DNA from: Bacteroidaceae bacterium
GTDB taxonomy: Bacteria > Bacteroidota > Bacteroidia > Bacteroidales > Bacteroidaceae
DNA: 64,000 bases
Assembly: GCA_045616905.1 (NCBI GenBank)
Contig: JAZLHP010000060.1
Span: 23,166-87,165, forward strand
Direction of reading: 5' to 3'
Position numbers and translations under genes: made by a program. Under the pieces are notes generated by a model. The model ran no database searches. It saw only the letters and a program-made list of their open reading frames with translations, and was not told the origin of the DNA. Below, one piece after another: positions 1 through 9,340 of this stretch (its first letter is position 1; every line of letters starts with the position of its first letter).

Positions 1-522
1 GCTTATAATCATAAAATCATACGCCACATCTGCAACAGCGCAGGCATTGAGCATTTCCAGGAATACCAACTTGACATGGTGCGATTGGGACTTGGATTAT
101 ATGGCATAAACCCACGCAACAACAAGACACTCAACAATGTGGCAACATTGAAAACCACCATACTGCAAATAAGAGAGGTGCCATCAGGCGACTCCATCGG
201 ATACTCACGCAAGACCATACTGAAAAGGGACAGCCGCATTGCAGCTATCCCTATAGGTTATGCAGACGGACTTGACCGCCATTTGGGTAATCGTGGATGT
301 TATTGCCTCGTGAATGGCAAAAAGGCAGATTATGTTGGCAACATTTGCATGGATGTATGCATGATAGATGTCACAGACATTGACTGCAAAGAAGGTGACC
401 AAGTGGAGATCTTTGGCGACAACCTGCCTGTTACGGTGCTTAGTGACGCATTGGGAACCATACCTTACGAGGTCCTGACCGGTATCAGCGGACGCGTACA
501 ACGAGTGTATGTGCAGCAATAA
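1..522 (+). CDS. alr: Alanine racemase, C-terminal portion (5' end outside window)
   Basis: Frame 1 is open from nt 1. Translation ...HICNSAGIEHFQEYQLDMVRLGLGLYG...AIPIGYADGLDRHLG...GNICMDVCMIDVT...PYEVLTGIS matches conserved alanine racemase C-terminal motifs. Confidence 0.85.
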   Translation, partial: AYNHKIIRHICNSAGIEHFQEYQLDMVRLGLGLYGINPRNNKTLNNVATLKTTILQIREVPSGDSIGYSRKTILKRDSRIAAIPIGYADGLDRHLGNRGCYCLVNGKKADYVGNICMDVCMIDVTDIDCKEGDQVEIFGDNLPVTVLSDALGTIPYEVLTGISGRVQRVYVQQ

Positions 523-545
523 GAGCACCGGCATCACAAGCAATG

Positions 546-836
546 TCAATCCTCATTACCCAAACCCTCGCCACGACACTGAAGAAGAGCTATACCTGCC
601 CATGTCAGACAAATAAGGCGAACTACAACAGACATGTTTACTGGAAATATAGTCATGAACAAGGCAAGCATTGCATTAAGGATGAAAAAGGCTTGACGAG
701 CAGTCACCTTCTCACCCATAATTGCAGAAAACAGCTCTGCAATACCTACGACAGATGAGCTGCTGCAGATACGGTCGATGATTGACTTGTTTGCCACTCT
801 GGTTTGCTTGCTTGAGATTGTGATGTTCTTTTCCAT
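546..836 (-). CDS. Hypothetical small membrane protein (about 96 aa, from internal Met of the 130-aa ORF)
   Basis: The ORF 546..938(-) has a TAACTTTG -7 box inside its 5' part, so Met35 (MEKNITISS...) is the likely start. The C-terminal half is hydrophobic (FFILNAMLALFMTIFPVNMSVVVRLICLTWAGIALL). I recognise no family. Confidence 0.3.
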   Translation of the reverse strand: MEKNITISSKQTRVANKSIIDRICSSSSVVGIAELFSAIMGEKVTARQAFFILNAMLALFMTIFPVNMSVVVRLICLTWAGIALLQCRGEGLGNED

Positions 837-883
837 AAGATGTATTTTTGAGTGAATATTCCGATATTTTTGTAATTCTGGTG

Positions 884-891
884 CAAAGTTA
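884..891 (-). promoter_or_regulatory. Bacteroidota -7 promoter box TAACTTTG
   Basis: Exact match to the TAnnTTTG consensus on the minus strand, about 48 nt upstream of ATG at 836. Confidence 0.35.
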
Positions 892-972
892 TGCCGACAC
901 TGTTTCAAAACGCGACACAGTATTAAAGAATTTTTCATTATTCTTAAAAAAAATATAAATCAGCCGTAAAAA

Positions 973-2043
973 ATGAAAGGACGCAATCATACATTTGACT
1001 TTTTATGTGGTATTTGCATAATACGTATGCTGACGCTCCACACCATCACCTTCTGCGGACACAAAGACGATGAATGGTGGAGCGACATCATGGCATGGTC
1101 ATTCTTCTTCATGTGTTTTTTCTTTTTCAAAGCAGGCTACTTCAACAAAACAGTCGCAGGAAATTCCAAAGCATACATTGCCGACAAGGCAAAAAGACTA
1201 CTCATACCTTATGTGATATGGGGAACGATTGGATTTGCTGTTTATGCCTTTTTCCTTCCGTTTGAAATAGGCAAGTACGGACACCCTATTGAACCTATGG
1301 ATTGGAGCCATCTTTGGAGCACCAGTTCCTTTTGGGGAAATGAACCCGTATGGTTCCTGTTCTCGTTCTTTGCCGCTTACGTGCTTGTACATTTTATAAA
1401 AAAGATTCATATTATCAAACCGATAAGCGTGTTCCAATCTGTCCTCATCATCTCATGTCCTTTTATCAGCTATTGGCTTTGGACAGAAGAGAATCCGCTT
1501 CCTATGAGCCTGAGCAATGTGTTCATGGGAGTGTTCTTCTTTAACTTAGGACGCACCTGGCATTGGGCGACAGACAAGCTGGGCAGAGCCAACACTATCG
1601 TCATAAGTGCAGCATTAATCGTTGCATTCATAATACTGAACAATGTGTGGCATGGTGAATATGCCATGAGTTCCAACAAGTTCACCGGCGACCCTCTTGC
1701 TGCTTTCGTCAATACCATGATAATATTATTAGGACTTTCAGGCTTCCTAATAAAACTGCCATTGGGTCGAGTGCCAGTCATCAACTATATAGGACAACAC
1801 TCAATGGTGTTCTTCGTTGCTCACTACCCTATACTACAATTCTACAGGTTTACACACATAAGTTTCGGACGCAGTATTTACGGCAGATGGGATGATTTCA
1901 TAGTGTTGATGGTCATAGTATTTGGAGTATGCACATTGCTCGTACCTCTCGTTGAGAAATCACCATGGCTGAGCGGAAGATTCAAGACTAAAAAAATAGA
2001 AAAGCCACTCTCTGCCCCCACGAAGAGGGAAACTCCATGCTGA
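973..2043 (+). CDS. Acyltransferase family 3 (integral membrane O-acyltransferase)
   Basis: 356-aa polytopic hydrophobic protein. The N-terminal R-x-x-x-F-D-F-L-x-G pattern (NHTFDFLCGICIIRML) is typical of acyltransferase_3 proteins. It sits at the head of the glycan locus. Confidence 0.8.
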   Translation: MKGRNHTFDFLCGICIIRMLTLHTITFCGHKDDEWWSDIMAWSFFFMCFFFFKAGYFNKTVAGNSKAYIADKAKRLLIPYVIWGTIGFAVYAFFLPFEIGKYGHPIEPMDWSHLWSTSSFWGNEPVWFLFSFFAAYVLVHFIKKIHIIKPISVFQSVLIISCPFISYWLWTEENPLPMSLSNVFMGVFFFNLGRTWHWATDKLGRANTIVISAALIVAFIILNNVWHGEYAMSSNKFTGDPLAAFVNTMIILLGLSGFLIKLPLGRVPVINYIGQHSMVFFVAHYPILQFYRFTHISFGRSIYGRWDDFIVLMVIVFGVCTLLVPLVEKSPWLSGRFKTKKIEKPLSAPTKRETPC

Positions 2044-2186
2044 CTCCAGCTAACGACGGAAGGTACTCACGCTCGGAAATACTAAAATAAATTTGGCTGT
2101 CGCCGAATTTAGGCGGCACCTCAGCATAAAAACAAGTTTTTCTGCATTCGGTTTGCACTAAATTTTGTATTTCTCTCACTTAATCG

Positions 2187-2194
2187 TACCTTTG
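2187..2194 (+). promoter_or_regulatory. -7 promoter box TACCTTTG
   Basis: TAnnTTTG match 17 nt upstream of ATG at 2211. Confidence 0.4.
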
Positions 2195-2210
2195 CAAAAA
2201 ATAACGCATT

Positions 2211-3143
2211 ATGAAAATAGCATACCTTATATCTGCACATACAGATGCACCTCAACTGAAACGACTGATTGATGCCTTGCATGCTGATGCTCATTTCTTC
2301 GTTCACATTGACAGGAAGTCTGACATAATGCAGTTCAATGCTATTATCAATAATGACAATGTGCATTTCATAGAAAACAGAACTGACGTACGATGGGGAA
2401 CAATTCTTGAGGTTGAGTACCAGATTAACCTCATGAAAGCGGCAATAGAACACCCTACGCATTTCGACCGCATCTTCTTCCTGTCTGGCATGGATTATCC
2501 GCTATGGAGCAACCAACAGATTACAGAATGGCTCAATAATCAGGGGGACAAAGAAATACTATGCGGCATGGATATGACCACCAATGACATCGGCAGCCAG
2601 CAGCACGACCTGTACACCACGTCACGCCCCTTTTTCAACATCGGCATGCTTGGCAACAAAGGCAATCAACGCCTCAGCATCATCTGCAGAAAAATAAAGA
2701 AGATGCTTGGAATCAGAAAAAAACTCACGTTTGCTGTTGACGGTAAGACATGGAGACTGTATAAAGGTTCTGCATGGTGGTGCATCAGTCAAGAGCTTGC
2801 CTCACATATCTGTGCTGTCTATGACGAGAAATCGGAAATACGTAAATATTTCACGGATTCATTCGGACAAGCAGAAACACTCATACAAACCATCGCCTTC
2901 AACTCAGCGGAATGGGCAGACAAGTGCATTTTGCACACGGGCAGATACCCAGGGCTTGCAGCACTCACACCGCTACATTTCATCATATATGAACCAGTTA
3001 TTAAGGTAATGGACGAAAATGACTTTGAAATGCTGATACAAAGCGGCAGGATGTTCACCAGAAAACTGCAAAGTGGCAAAAGCGACCGTCTGGTAGAACT
3101 ACTCACTGACAGAGTCAATGAACACATAAATAATAAGAACTGA
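2211..3143 (+). CDS. Glycosyltransferase family 14-like (core-2/I-branching type beta-1,6-GlcNAc transferase family)
   Basis: The N-terminus MKIAYLISAHTDAPQLKRLIDAL...FFVHIDRKSD and the later GSAWWCIS motif are characteristic of bacterial GT14 members. Confidence 0.7.
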   Translation: MKIAYLISAHTDAPQLKRLIDALHADAHFFVHIDRKSDIMQFNAIINNDNVHFIENRTDVRWGTILEVEYQINLMKAAIEHPTHFDRIFFLSGMDYPLWSNQQITEWLNNQGDKEILCGMDMTTNDIGSQQHDLYTTSRPFFNIGMLGNKGNQRLSIICRKIKKMLGIRKKLTFAVDGKTWRLYKGSAWWCISQELASHICAVYDEKSEIRKYFTDSFGQAETLIQTIAFNSAEWADKCILHTGRYPGLAALTPLHFIIYEPVIKVMDENDFEMLIQSGRMFTRKLQSGKSDRLVELLTDRVNEHINNKN

Positions 3144-3215
3144 AGTCAGAAGTAAATAATCATAATTAATTCTGACCAATTACTTAGAAAGATATTAAAC
3201 ACTCCCAATATAATA

Positions 3216-5030
3216 ATGCAAGCAATAATTCTTGCCGCAGGCATGGGCAAACGCCTGGGCGAATATACAAAGAACAACACAAAATGCATGGTGCAGGTCA
3301 ATGGCACAAGGCTCATCGACAGAATGCTGACACAACTATCAAAACTGTCGTTGAAGCGTGTGGTCATCGTCGTTGGATACGAAGGACAAGCTCTTGTTGA
3401 CTATCTCGGAAATGAATACAACGGACTTCGTATAGAATATGTGGTCAATCCCATCTACGACAGGACGAACAACATCTATTCACTTGCATTGGCAAAAGAG
3501 CAGATGCAGGAGGATGACACCATATTGCTTGAAAGTGACCTGATCTTTGAAGATGGCATGCTTGACGTGCTTATCGGAAACCCATTTCCAAACATTGCAC
3601 TTGTTGCTAAATACGAAACCTGGATGGACGGCACCATGGTGCGTATCGATGATGCCAACGACATAGTCAACTTCGTTCCTAAAGCAGCTTTTAAGTATGA
3701 CGAGACAGAACAGTACTATAAGACGGTAAACATCTACAAGTTCTCACGCGACTTTGCGAAAAGCAAATACGTGCCGTTTCTTGAGGCATACACAAAAGCA
3801 GTGGGTAACAACGAGTATTACGAAAACGTGCTGCGCATAATATCTTTTCTTAATAGTCATGACCTCAAAGCACTACCTGTAAACAACATGAAGTGGTATG
3901 AGATTGATGACAAGCAAGATCTGGATATTGCCGAAGCACTTTTTGCAGAAGAGAAAGACATATTGCGCAAATACTACGGACGCTATGGCGGATTCTGGCG
4001 ATTCCCACAAATGCTTGACTACTGTTATCTCGTCAATCCATACTTCTGCCAAACACGAATAATCGACGAGATGGAAGCAAACTTCCGCACCCTCATCTCT
4101 GAATACCCATCAGGAATGAAGGTGAACACGCTCCTTGCAAGCAAGTGCTGGGGAATAAAGGAGGAATACATCATACCAGGAAATGGTGCTGCTGAGCTTA
4201 TTAAGGCACTCATGGAACTGTTGCCGGGAACACTCGGCATCACTCGCCCTACATTCGAAGAATACCCTAACAGACGCGATAAGGAAGGATTGGTGACATT
4301 CGTTCCACAAGACAACGAATACAGGTACTCTGCAGATGACCTCATCAACCACTTCGGCAAAAACCATGCAGACAATCTCCTTCTTATAAACCCCGACAAC
4401 CCTTCGGGCAACTTCATACCAAAGGCAGACATACTTCGTCTGGCAGAATGGTGTGAAGACAACAAAACACGGCTTATCGTTGACGAGAGTTTCGTTGACT
4501 TCAGCGAAGATTGGGAGAGCAACACCCTTCTTGACAACAGCATATTGGAGAAATACCCACATCTTGTCGTCATGAAATCCATATCAAAAAGCTATGGAGT
4601 GCCAGGCATTCGCTTAGGCATACTATGCTCTGCTGATACAGAGATAATAGCAAGAATGAAGAAAATGGTAAGCATCTGGAACATCAACTCATTTGCAGAA
4701 TTCTTCATGCAGATATTCTCAAAGTATGAGAAAGACTACCAGAGAGCTTGTTACCGTTTCATTGAAGAGAGAAATGACTTTGAAGCAAAACTGCGTAAAG
4801 TGCCATTCCTAAGAGTGATGCCAAGCCAAGCAAATTATTTCCTCGTGGAAGTGCTTCCACCTTATACAGCAAACCGATTAGTGCTCACTATGCTGAAGCA
4901 ACACAACATCCTTCTGCGCGACTGTTCCGACAAAGCAGGATTTGACGGCAAGCAGTATATGAGAATAGCAGTACGCAGTCATGAGGACAACACAAGACTC
5001 ATAGAGGCATTTCAGCAAATAGGAAAATGA
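3216..5030 (+). CDS. Fusion protein: N-terminal nucleotidyltransferase (LicC/Gtp2-like) + C-terminal class I/II aminotransferase-fold domain (Gtp3/CobD/HisC-like)
   Basis: MQAIILAAGMGKRLG (G-x-G-x-R-L NTP-transferase signature) at the N-terminus. C-terminal half has ...LLINPDNPSGNF...IVDESFVDF...SISKSYGVPGIRLG (PLP-lysine type motif). Confidence 0.8.
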   Translation: MQAIILAAGMGKRLGEYTKNNTKCMVQVNGTRLIDRMLTQLSKLSLKRVVIVVGYEGQALVDYLGNEYNGLRIEYVVNPIYDRTNNIYSLALAKEQMQEDDTILLESDLIFEDGMLDVLIGNPFPNIALVAKYETWMDGTMVRIDDANDIVNFVPKAAFKYDETEQYYKTVNIYKFSRDFAKSKYVPFLEAYTKAVGNNEYYENVLRIISFLNSHDLKALPVNNMKWYEIDDKQDLDIAEALFAEEKDILRKYYGRYGGFWRFPQMLDYCYLVNPYFCQTRIIDEMEANFRTLISEYPSGMKVNTLLASKCWGIKEEYIIPGNGAAELIKALMELLPGTLGITRPTFEEYPNRRDKEGLVTFVPQDNEYRYSADDLINHFGKNHADNLLLINPDNPSGNFIPKADILRLAEWCEDNKTRLIVDESFVDFSEDWESNTLLDNSILEKYPHLVVMKSISKSYGVPGIRLGILCSADTEIIARMKKMVSIWNINSFAEFFMQIFSKYEKDYQRACYRFIEERNDFEAKLRKVPFLRVMPSQANYFLVEVLPPYTANRLVLTMLKQHNILLRDCSDKAGFDGKQYMRIAVRSHEDNTRLIEAFQQIGK

Positions 5031-6889
5031 ACTCGAATAAAAGCCTCAACTCCCTCAACCTTCACCCTTCAACCCTCAACCCTCAACTCACAACAACACC
5101 AATGACAATAACCATCTGCGGAGGAGGATCGCTCGGACATGTGTGCATAGGCGTGCTTTCAAGCCATAAAGACGTCAAGGTCAATCTGCTGACCAATCAT
5201 CCAGACAAATGGAATGACACCATCACCGTTACAGACATAAACGGAAAGATATTCAATGGCAAGATAGCGAAGCATTCCGAATCAGCACAAGATGTCATTC
5301 CTGAATCCGACATAGTGCTTCTATGCCTGCCTGGATACCTCATCAAGCAGACGCTTGAAAGGATAAAGCCATACCTGAATGCAAAAGCCATCGTAGGCAC
5401 AATTGTCAGCAGCACCGGCTTTTTCTTCTTTGCTCACGAAGTGCTTGGTGCCAATGCCCGTCTGTTCGGATTCCAACGCGTACCATACATAGCGAGAGTA
5501 GGCGAATATGGGAAAAGCGGAAACCTGTTAGGATACAAAAACAGCATATCCATTGCCGTTGAAAACATTGACGACAAAGAAACATTCCGCCAATCAATAG
5601 AGCATTTATTCTCAACTCCAACCTCCTTGCTTGGCAGTTTCTACGAAGCAGCACTCACAAACAGCAACCCAATCCTTCACACCGGACGTCTATACTCCCT
5701 ATGGCATAATTGGGACGGCACTCCATACAAACAATGTATATTGTTCTACAAAGAATGGACGGTTGATGCAGCACAAATGCTCATTGACATGGATAAAGAA
5801 TTCATGAGCATCCTTGACACCCTGCCGATGCAGAAGGGTGCCATACCTACATTGCTTGACTACTACGAGAGCCATGACGCACAAAGCCTATGCAGCAAAC
5901 TGCAAAGCATCACCGCATTCCAGAACATAACGGCACCGATGAAAGAAACGGAGCAAGGATGGGTTCCCGACTTTGAAAGCAGATATTTCACAGAAGACTT
6001 CCCTTTCGGATTACAATTCATCGTGAACTTAGCACGTGAAAAAGGCATCAGCACTCCAGTCATAGACAAGGTGTATAAATGGGGTATGAACGAGCAGCTT
6101 CGCCAACGCTTCAATCCCGAGGGATCCACATTGCGACAGCAGCAAATGCTGATGCTCGACATGCTGCTATGGTTTGACAAACTCTGCAAGAAGCATGACA
6201 TTAAATACTGGCTCAGCAGCGGCACACTGCTTGGTGCCGTCAGACACGGTGGGTACATACCATGGGATGACGATGTAGATATTGATATGATGAGAGAAGA
6301 CTATCTCAAATTGAAATCCGTGATGGCAAGCAACAATGATGATGACTACGAACTGCAAGATGGCGACACAGACAGCGGCTACTTCTTCAGCTACGGCAAG
6401 TTGCGTCATAAACACAGTTACCTTGCAGAGACAAACCGCTACGACAGGATATTTGAAATGCGAGGAATCTACATTGACCTCCTGACATTTGAGAAGATGC
6501 CTCGTTGCTTCAACAAATTAGCATGTCTAAGCGTAGGACACTCATACAAAATACTTAACACACCTGGTATTTCCGATGAGAAAGCCGCAAAGAAGGTGAA
6601 GCGCATAAAAGGATTCAACCATAATTTCCTTTTCCCTACATTGCGATTCATTTCCAAGATGATACCAACGAAATGGGTGCATCGTTCACCAGGCATTCCA
6701 TACAAGTCACGCACAACGTACAATGAGATATTCCCTACTAAGGAGATAAGCTTCGAAGGGCACCTGCTTCCAGCACCCAACGACACACACTCATACCTGT
6801 CACGTATGTTCGGCGACTACATGAAGCTACCCGACCTCGAAAACATTCATCCTCACTCGTTGGATATACAACTGAAAGAATACAATTAG
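5027..6889 (+). CDS. Fusion protein: octopine/nopaline-dehydrogenase-like NAD(P) domain + C-terminal LicD-family phosphotransferase
   Basis: Rossmann motif ITICGGGSLGH. The C-terminal part YWLSSGTLLGAVRHGGYIPWDDDVDIDM is the LicD signature with a DxD. ATGA overlap with the upstream gene at 5027-5030. The first 25 codons are a CTCAAC-type low-complexity tract, so ATG 5102 (MTITICGGG) is an alternative and perhaps better start. Confidence 0.75.
   Translation: MNSNKSLNSLNLHPSTLNPQLTTTPMTITICGGGSLGHVCIGVLSSHKDVKVNLLTNHPDKWNDTITVTDINGKIFNGKIAKHSESAQDVIPESDIVLLCLPGYLIKQTLERIKPYLNAKAIVGTIVSSTGFFFFAHEVLGANARLFGFQRVPYIARVGEYGKSGNLLGYKNSISIAVENIDDKETFRQSIEHLFSTPTSLLGSFYEAALTNSNPILHTGRLYSLWHNWDGTPYKQCILFYKEWTVDAAQMLIDMDKEFMSILDTLPMQKGAIPTLLDYYESHDAQSLCSKLQSITAFQNITAPMKETEQGWVPDFESRYFTEDFPFGLQFIVNLAREKGISTPVIDKVYKWGMNEQLRQRFNPEGSTLRQQQMLMLDMLLWFDKLCKKHDIKYWLSSGTLLGAVRHGGYIPWDDDVDIDMMREDYLKLKSVMASNNDDDYELQDGDTDSGYFFSYGKLRHKHSYLAETNRYDRIFEMRGIYIDLLTFEKMPRCFNKLACLSVGHSYKILNTPGISDEKAAKKVKRIKGFNHNFLFPTLRFISKMIPTKWVHRSPGIPYKSRTTYNEIFPTKEISFEGHLLPAPNDTHSYLSRMFGDYMKLPDLENIHPHSLDIQLKEYN
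5043..5100 (+). repeat. Degenerate tandem tract of about 7-8-nt period, (C)CTCAAC units
   Basis: GCCTCAACTCCCTCAACCTTCACCCTTCAACCCTCAACCCTCAACTCACAACAACACC read directly. Confidence 0.8.
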
Positions 6890-6944
6890 TGACGAACTTC
6901 TTCTTTTTGTGACGGATTAATTCTCTGTGACAACACCCAGAACA

Positions 6945-8402
6945 ATGACAGAGCAGACATTAAAACAAAAAGCAGCAAAAGGATTCCTATGGGGAGCCTT
7001 GAACAATGGGGCAATGCAATTGCTGAACGCTGTGTTCGGCATTGTGCTGGCGCGTAAGCTTTCCGAAGACGACTATGGTCTCATCGGCATGCTCACCATC
7101 TTCACCCTCATTGCCAACTCACTGCAGGATAGTGGATTTGTCACAGCACTTACCAACAAGAAAGATGCCACTCACCGCGATTACAATTCCGTCTTCTGGT
7201 TCAATATCTGTGTGAGTGCCTGCTTGTACATCGTATTTTTCCTCTTTGCACCATTCATATCAGATTTCTATAACGAACCTCTGCTCACTCCCCTATCGCG
7301 TTTCTATTTCTTTGGCTTCTTCATAGCAAGCTTCAGCATAGTTCCACGAGCCATCCTCTTTCGCCAGCTTAAACAAAAAGAACTTGCCATCATGGCATTA
7401 GTATCCCTGTTGCTATCAGGCTCAGTAGGAATCATCATGGCATACAACGGTATGGCGTATTGGGGATTGGCAACACAGACACTCACATTCAACCTCTCAG
7501 TATCCGTTACAAGTTGGATTCTCAGCGGCTGGCGACCGACGTTCAGCATCAGCATGCAACCTGTCAAAGAGATGTTTGGATTCTCAAGCAAGATGCTCAT
7601 CACAAGCATTTTCAATCAAGTCAACAACAACATATTCTCACTCGTGCTCGGACGATTCTACACAAAGAGCGAGGTCGGCTTGTATAATCAGGCAAACAAA
7701 TGGAACACCATGGGAGCCTCAACCATAACTGGAATGGTGCAGGGAGTGGCACAACCTACCTTCGTCCAGGTAGGCGATGACAAAGAGCGTCTCTGCCGTG
7801 CTTTCAGCAAGATGCTTCGCTTCACATGCTTCATAAGCTTCCCTGTTATGTTCGGATTGGCACTGATAGCACCAGAGTTTATTGTCGTATTGATAACCGA
7901 CAAATGGCTGCCGTCTGCCAACCTCATGCGAATGCTGTGCATAGGTGGCGCATTCCTGCCTATTGCCACACTATACTTCAACATGGTGATTAGCCGAGGC
8001 AAGTCGGGTACGTACATGTGGAACATTATCAGCCAAGGATGCATAATCCTTGCCACCATCCTGTCCATACACTACCTCGGTGGAAGCATAAACGAGATGG
8101 TCATCTCATACGTTGCAATAGTAATTATATGGGTAGCCATCTGGCACATCTTCGTGAAGAAGGAGATAGGGTTCAGCCCTTTACAGGCATTGCGCGACAT
8201 ACTTCCATTTGCATTCTTTGCCGCAATCACAATGCTTGCCACATACTTAATCACCATTTCCATCACCAACATATACATACTGCTTGTCTCACGCATTCTC
8301 ATTGCAGCCACAATATACATTGCGCTCAACTATTTCTTCGGAGCGAAAATCATGCGTGAATGCTTGCAATACATTACTAAAAGCAAAGGAGGAGAGAAAT
8401 GA
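6945..8402 (+). CDS. wzx: Wzx-type polysaccharide flippase (MOP/PST family)
   Basis: About 485 aa with roughly 12-14 predicted TM segments. N-terminal KQKAAKGFLWGALNNG...LARKLSEDDYGL is typical of PST flippases. ATG 6945 is preferred over GTG 6927. Confidence 0.8.
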   Translation: MTEQTLKQKAAKGFLWGALNNGAMQLLNAVFGIVLARKLSEDDYGLIGMLTIFTLIANSLQDSGFVTALTNKKDATHRDYNSVFWFNICVSACLYIVFFLFAPFISDFYNEPLLTPLSRFYFFGFFIASFSIVPRAILFRQLKQKELAIMALVSLLLSGSVGIIMAYNGMAYWGLATQTLTFNLSVSVTSWILSGWRPTFSISMQPVKEMFGFSSKMLITSIFNQVNNNIFSLVLGRFYTKSEVGLYNQANKWNTMGASTITGMVQGVAQPTFVQVGDDKERLCRAFSKMLRFTCFISFPVMFGLALIAPEFIVVLITDKWLPSANLMRMLCIGGAFLPIATLYFNMVISRGKSGTYMWNIISQGCIILATILSIHYLGGSINEMVISYVAIVIIWVAIWHIFVKKEIGFSPLQALRDILPFAFFAAITMLATYLITISITNIYILLVSRILIAATIYIALNYFFGAKIMRECLQYITKSKGGEK

Positions 8403-9340
8403 CAGCACCAGTAGCCATGTTTGTCTATAATCGTGTGGACAACACCCGCAAGACGATAGAACACCTTCTTGACAACACTCTTGCCAAGGACACCGAACTG
8501 TACGTTTTCTCCGATGGAGGAAAGAATGAGCAATCATGGAAAATGGTGAACGAGGTGAGAGCCTATCTGCACGATGTAAAGGCAAAGGTTGAATCAGAGC
8601 ATTCGCTTAAAAGCATCACTATCGTCGAACGACCTGAAAACATCTATCTTGAGCGCAACATCACCGAAGGGATAGCACAGGTGTTTGAAACCCACGACCG
8701 CATCATAGTGCTTGAGGACGACATCGTCACATCACCCTACTACCTCCAATACATGAATGATGCTTTTGAGATTTACCACGATGTGAAGAAAGTGATGCAT
8801 GTGGCAGGATTCACTAACCTTAGCCTCGACGATGCCACTAAACCCTTCTACTTCACTCCCCACATGTCAGGATGGGGCTGGGGAACATGGCGCGACAGAT
8901 GGCAGCAGCATTTCACACATTATAAATCAAGAGAAGAAGCACTTGAAGGAATGACTGACGACGATTGCAATGCCATGCAATACGGTGGAGTGTTCCCTTG
9001 TCTCAAGAGTCTTGACAAGAATCCTATTCCATGGGATATTTGTTGGGAAATTGCCATCTACAAAGCAGGCGGACTTTGCCTCACTCCTGCACACACGATG
9101 GTAAGAAACATAGGATTGAAGAACGGCACCCACTTCCGATCATTCGACATTCTGCAACGCTATGAATTTGACCGCGAACCTTCACAGCAGCCACTTCAAC
9201 TGACAAAGATTGACAACCCCGACAAAGACCCCCATACAGAAGCACTCTTCGCAGAAGCCATCCGCGATTGGGGTATCCGCTACACCATGCTCGGAAAAGT
9301 CATCAGAGCAGTCGTAAAGAAAATTAAGAAATTAAGGTGA
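8399..9340 (+). CDS. GT-A fold glycosyltransferase, GnT-I (GT13)-like
   Basis: VAMFVYNRVDNTRKTIEHL..., IIVLEDDIVTSPYYLQY (EDD metal motif) and HMSGWGWGTWRDRW resemble the GnT-I family. ATGA overlap with wzx. Confidence 0.6.
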   Translation: MTAPVAMFVYNRVDNTRKTIEHLLDNTLAKDTELYVFSDGGKNEQSWKMVNEVRAYLHDVKAKVESEHSLKSITIVERPENIYLERNITEGIAQVFETHDRIIVLEDDIVTSPYYLQYMNDAFEIYHDVKKVMHVAGFTNLSLDDATKPFYFTPHMSGWGWGTWRDRWQQHFTHYKSREEALEGMTDDDCNAMQYGGVFPCLKSLDKNPIPWDICWEIAIYKAGGLCLTPAHTMVRNIGLKNGTHFRSFDILQRYEFDREPSQQPLQLTKIDNPDKDPHTEALFAEAIRDWGIRYTMLGKVIRAVVKKIKKLR

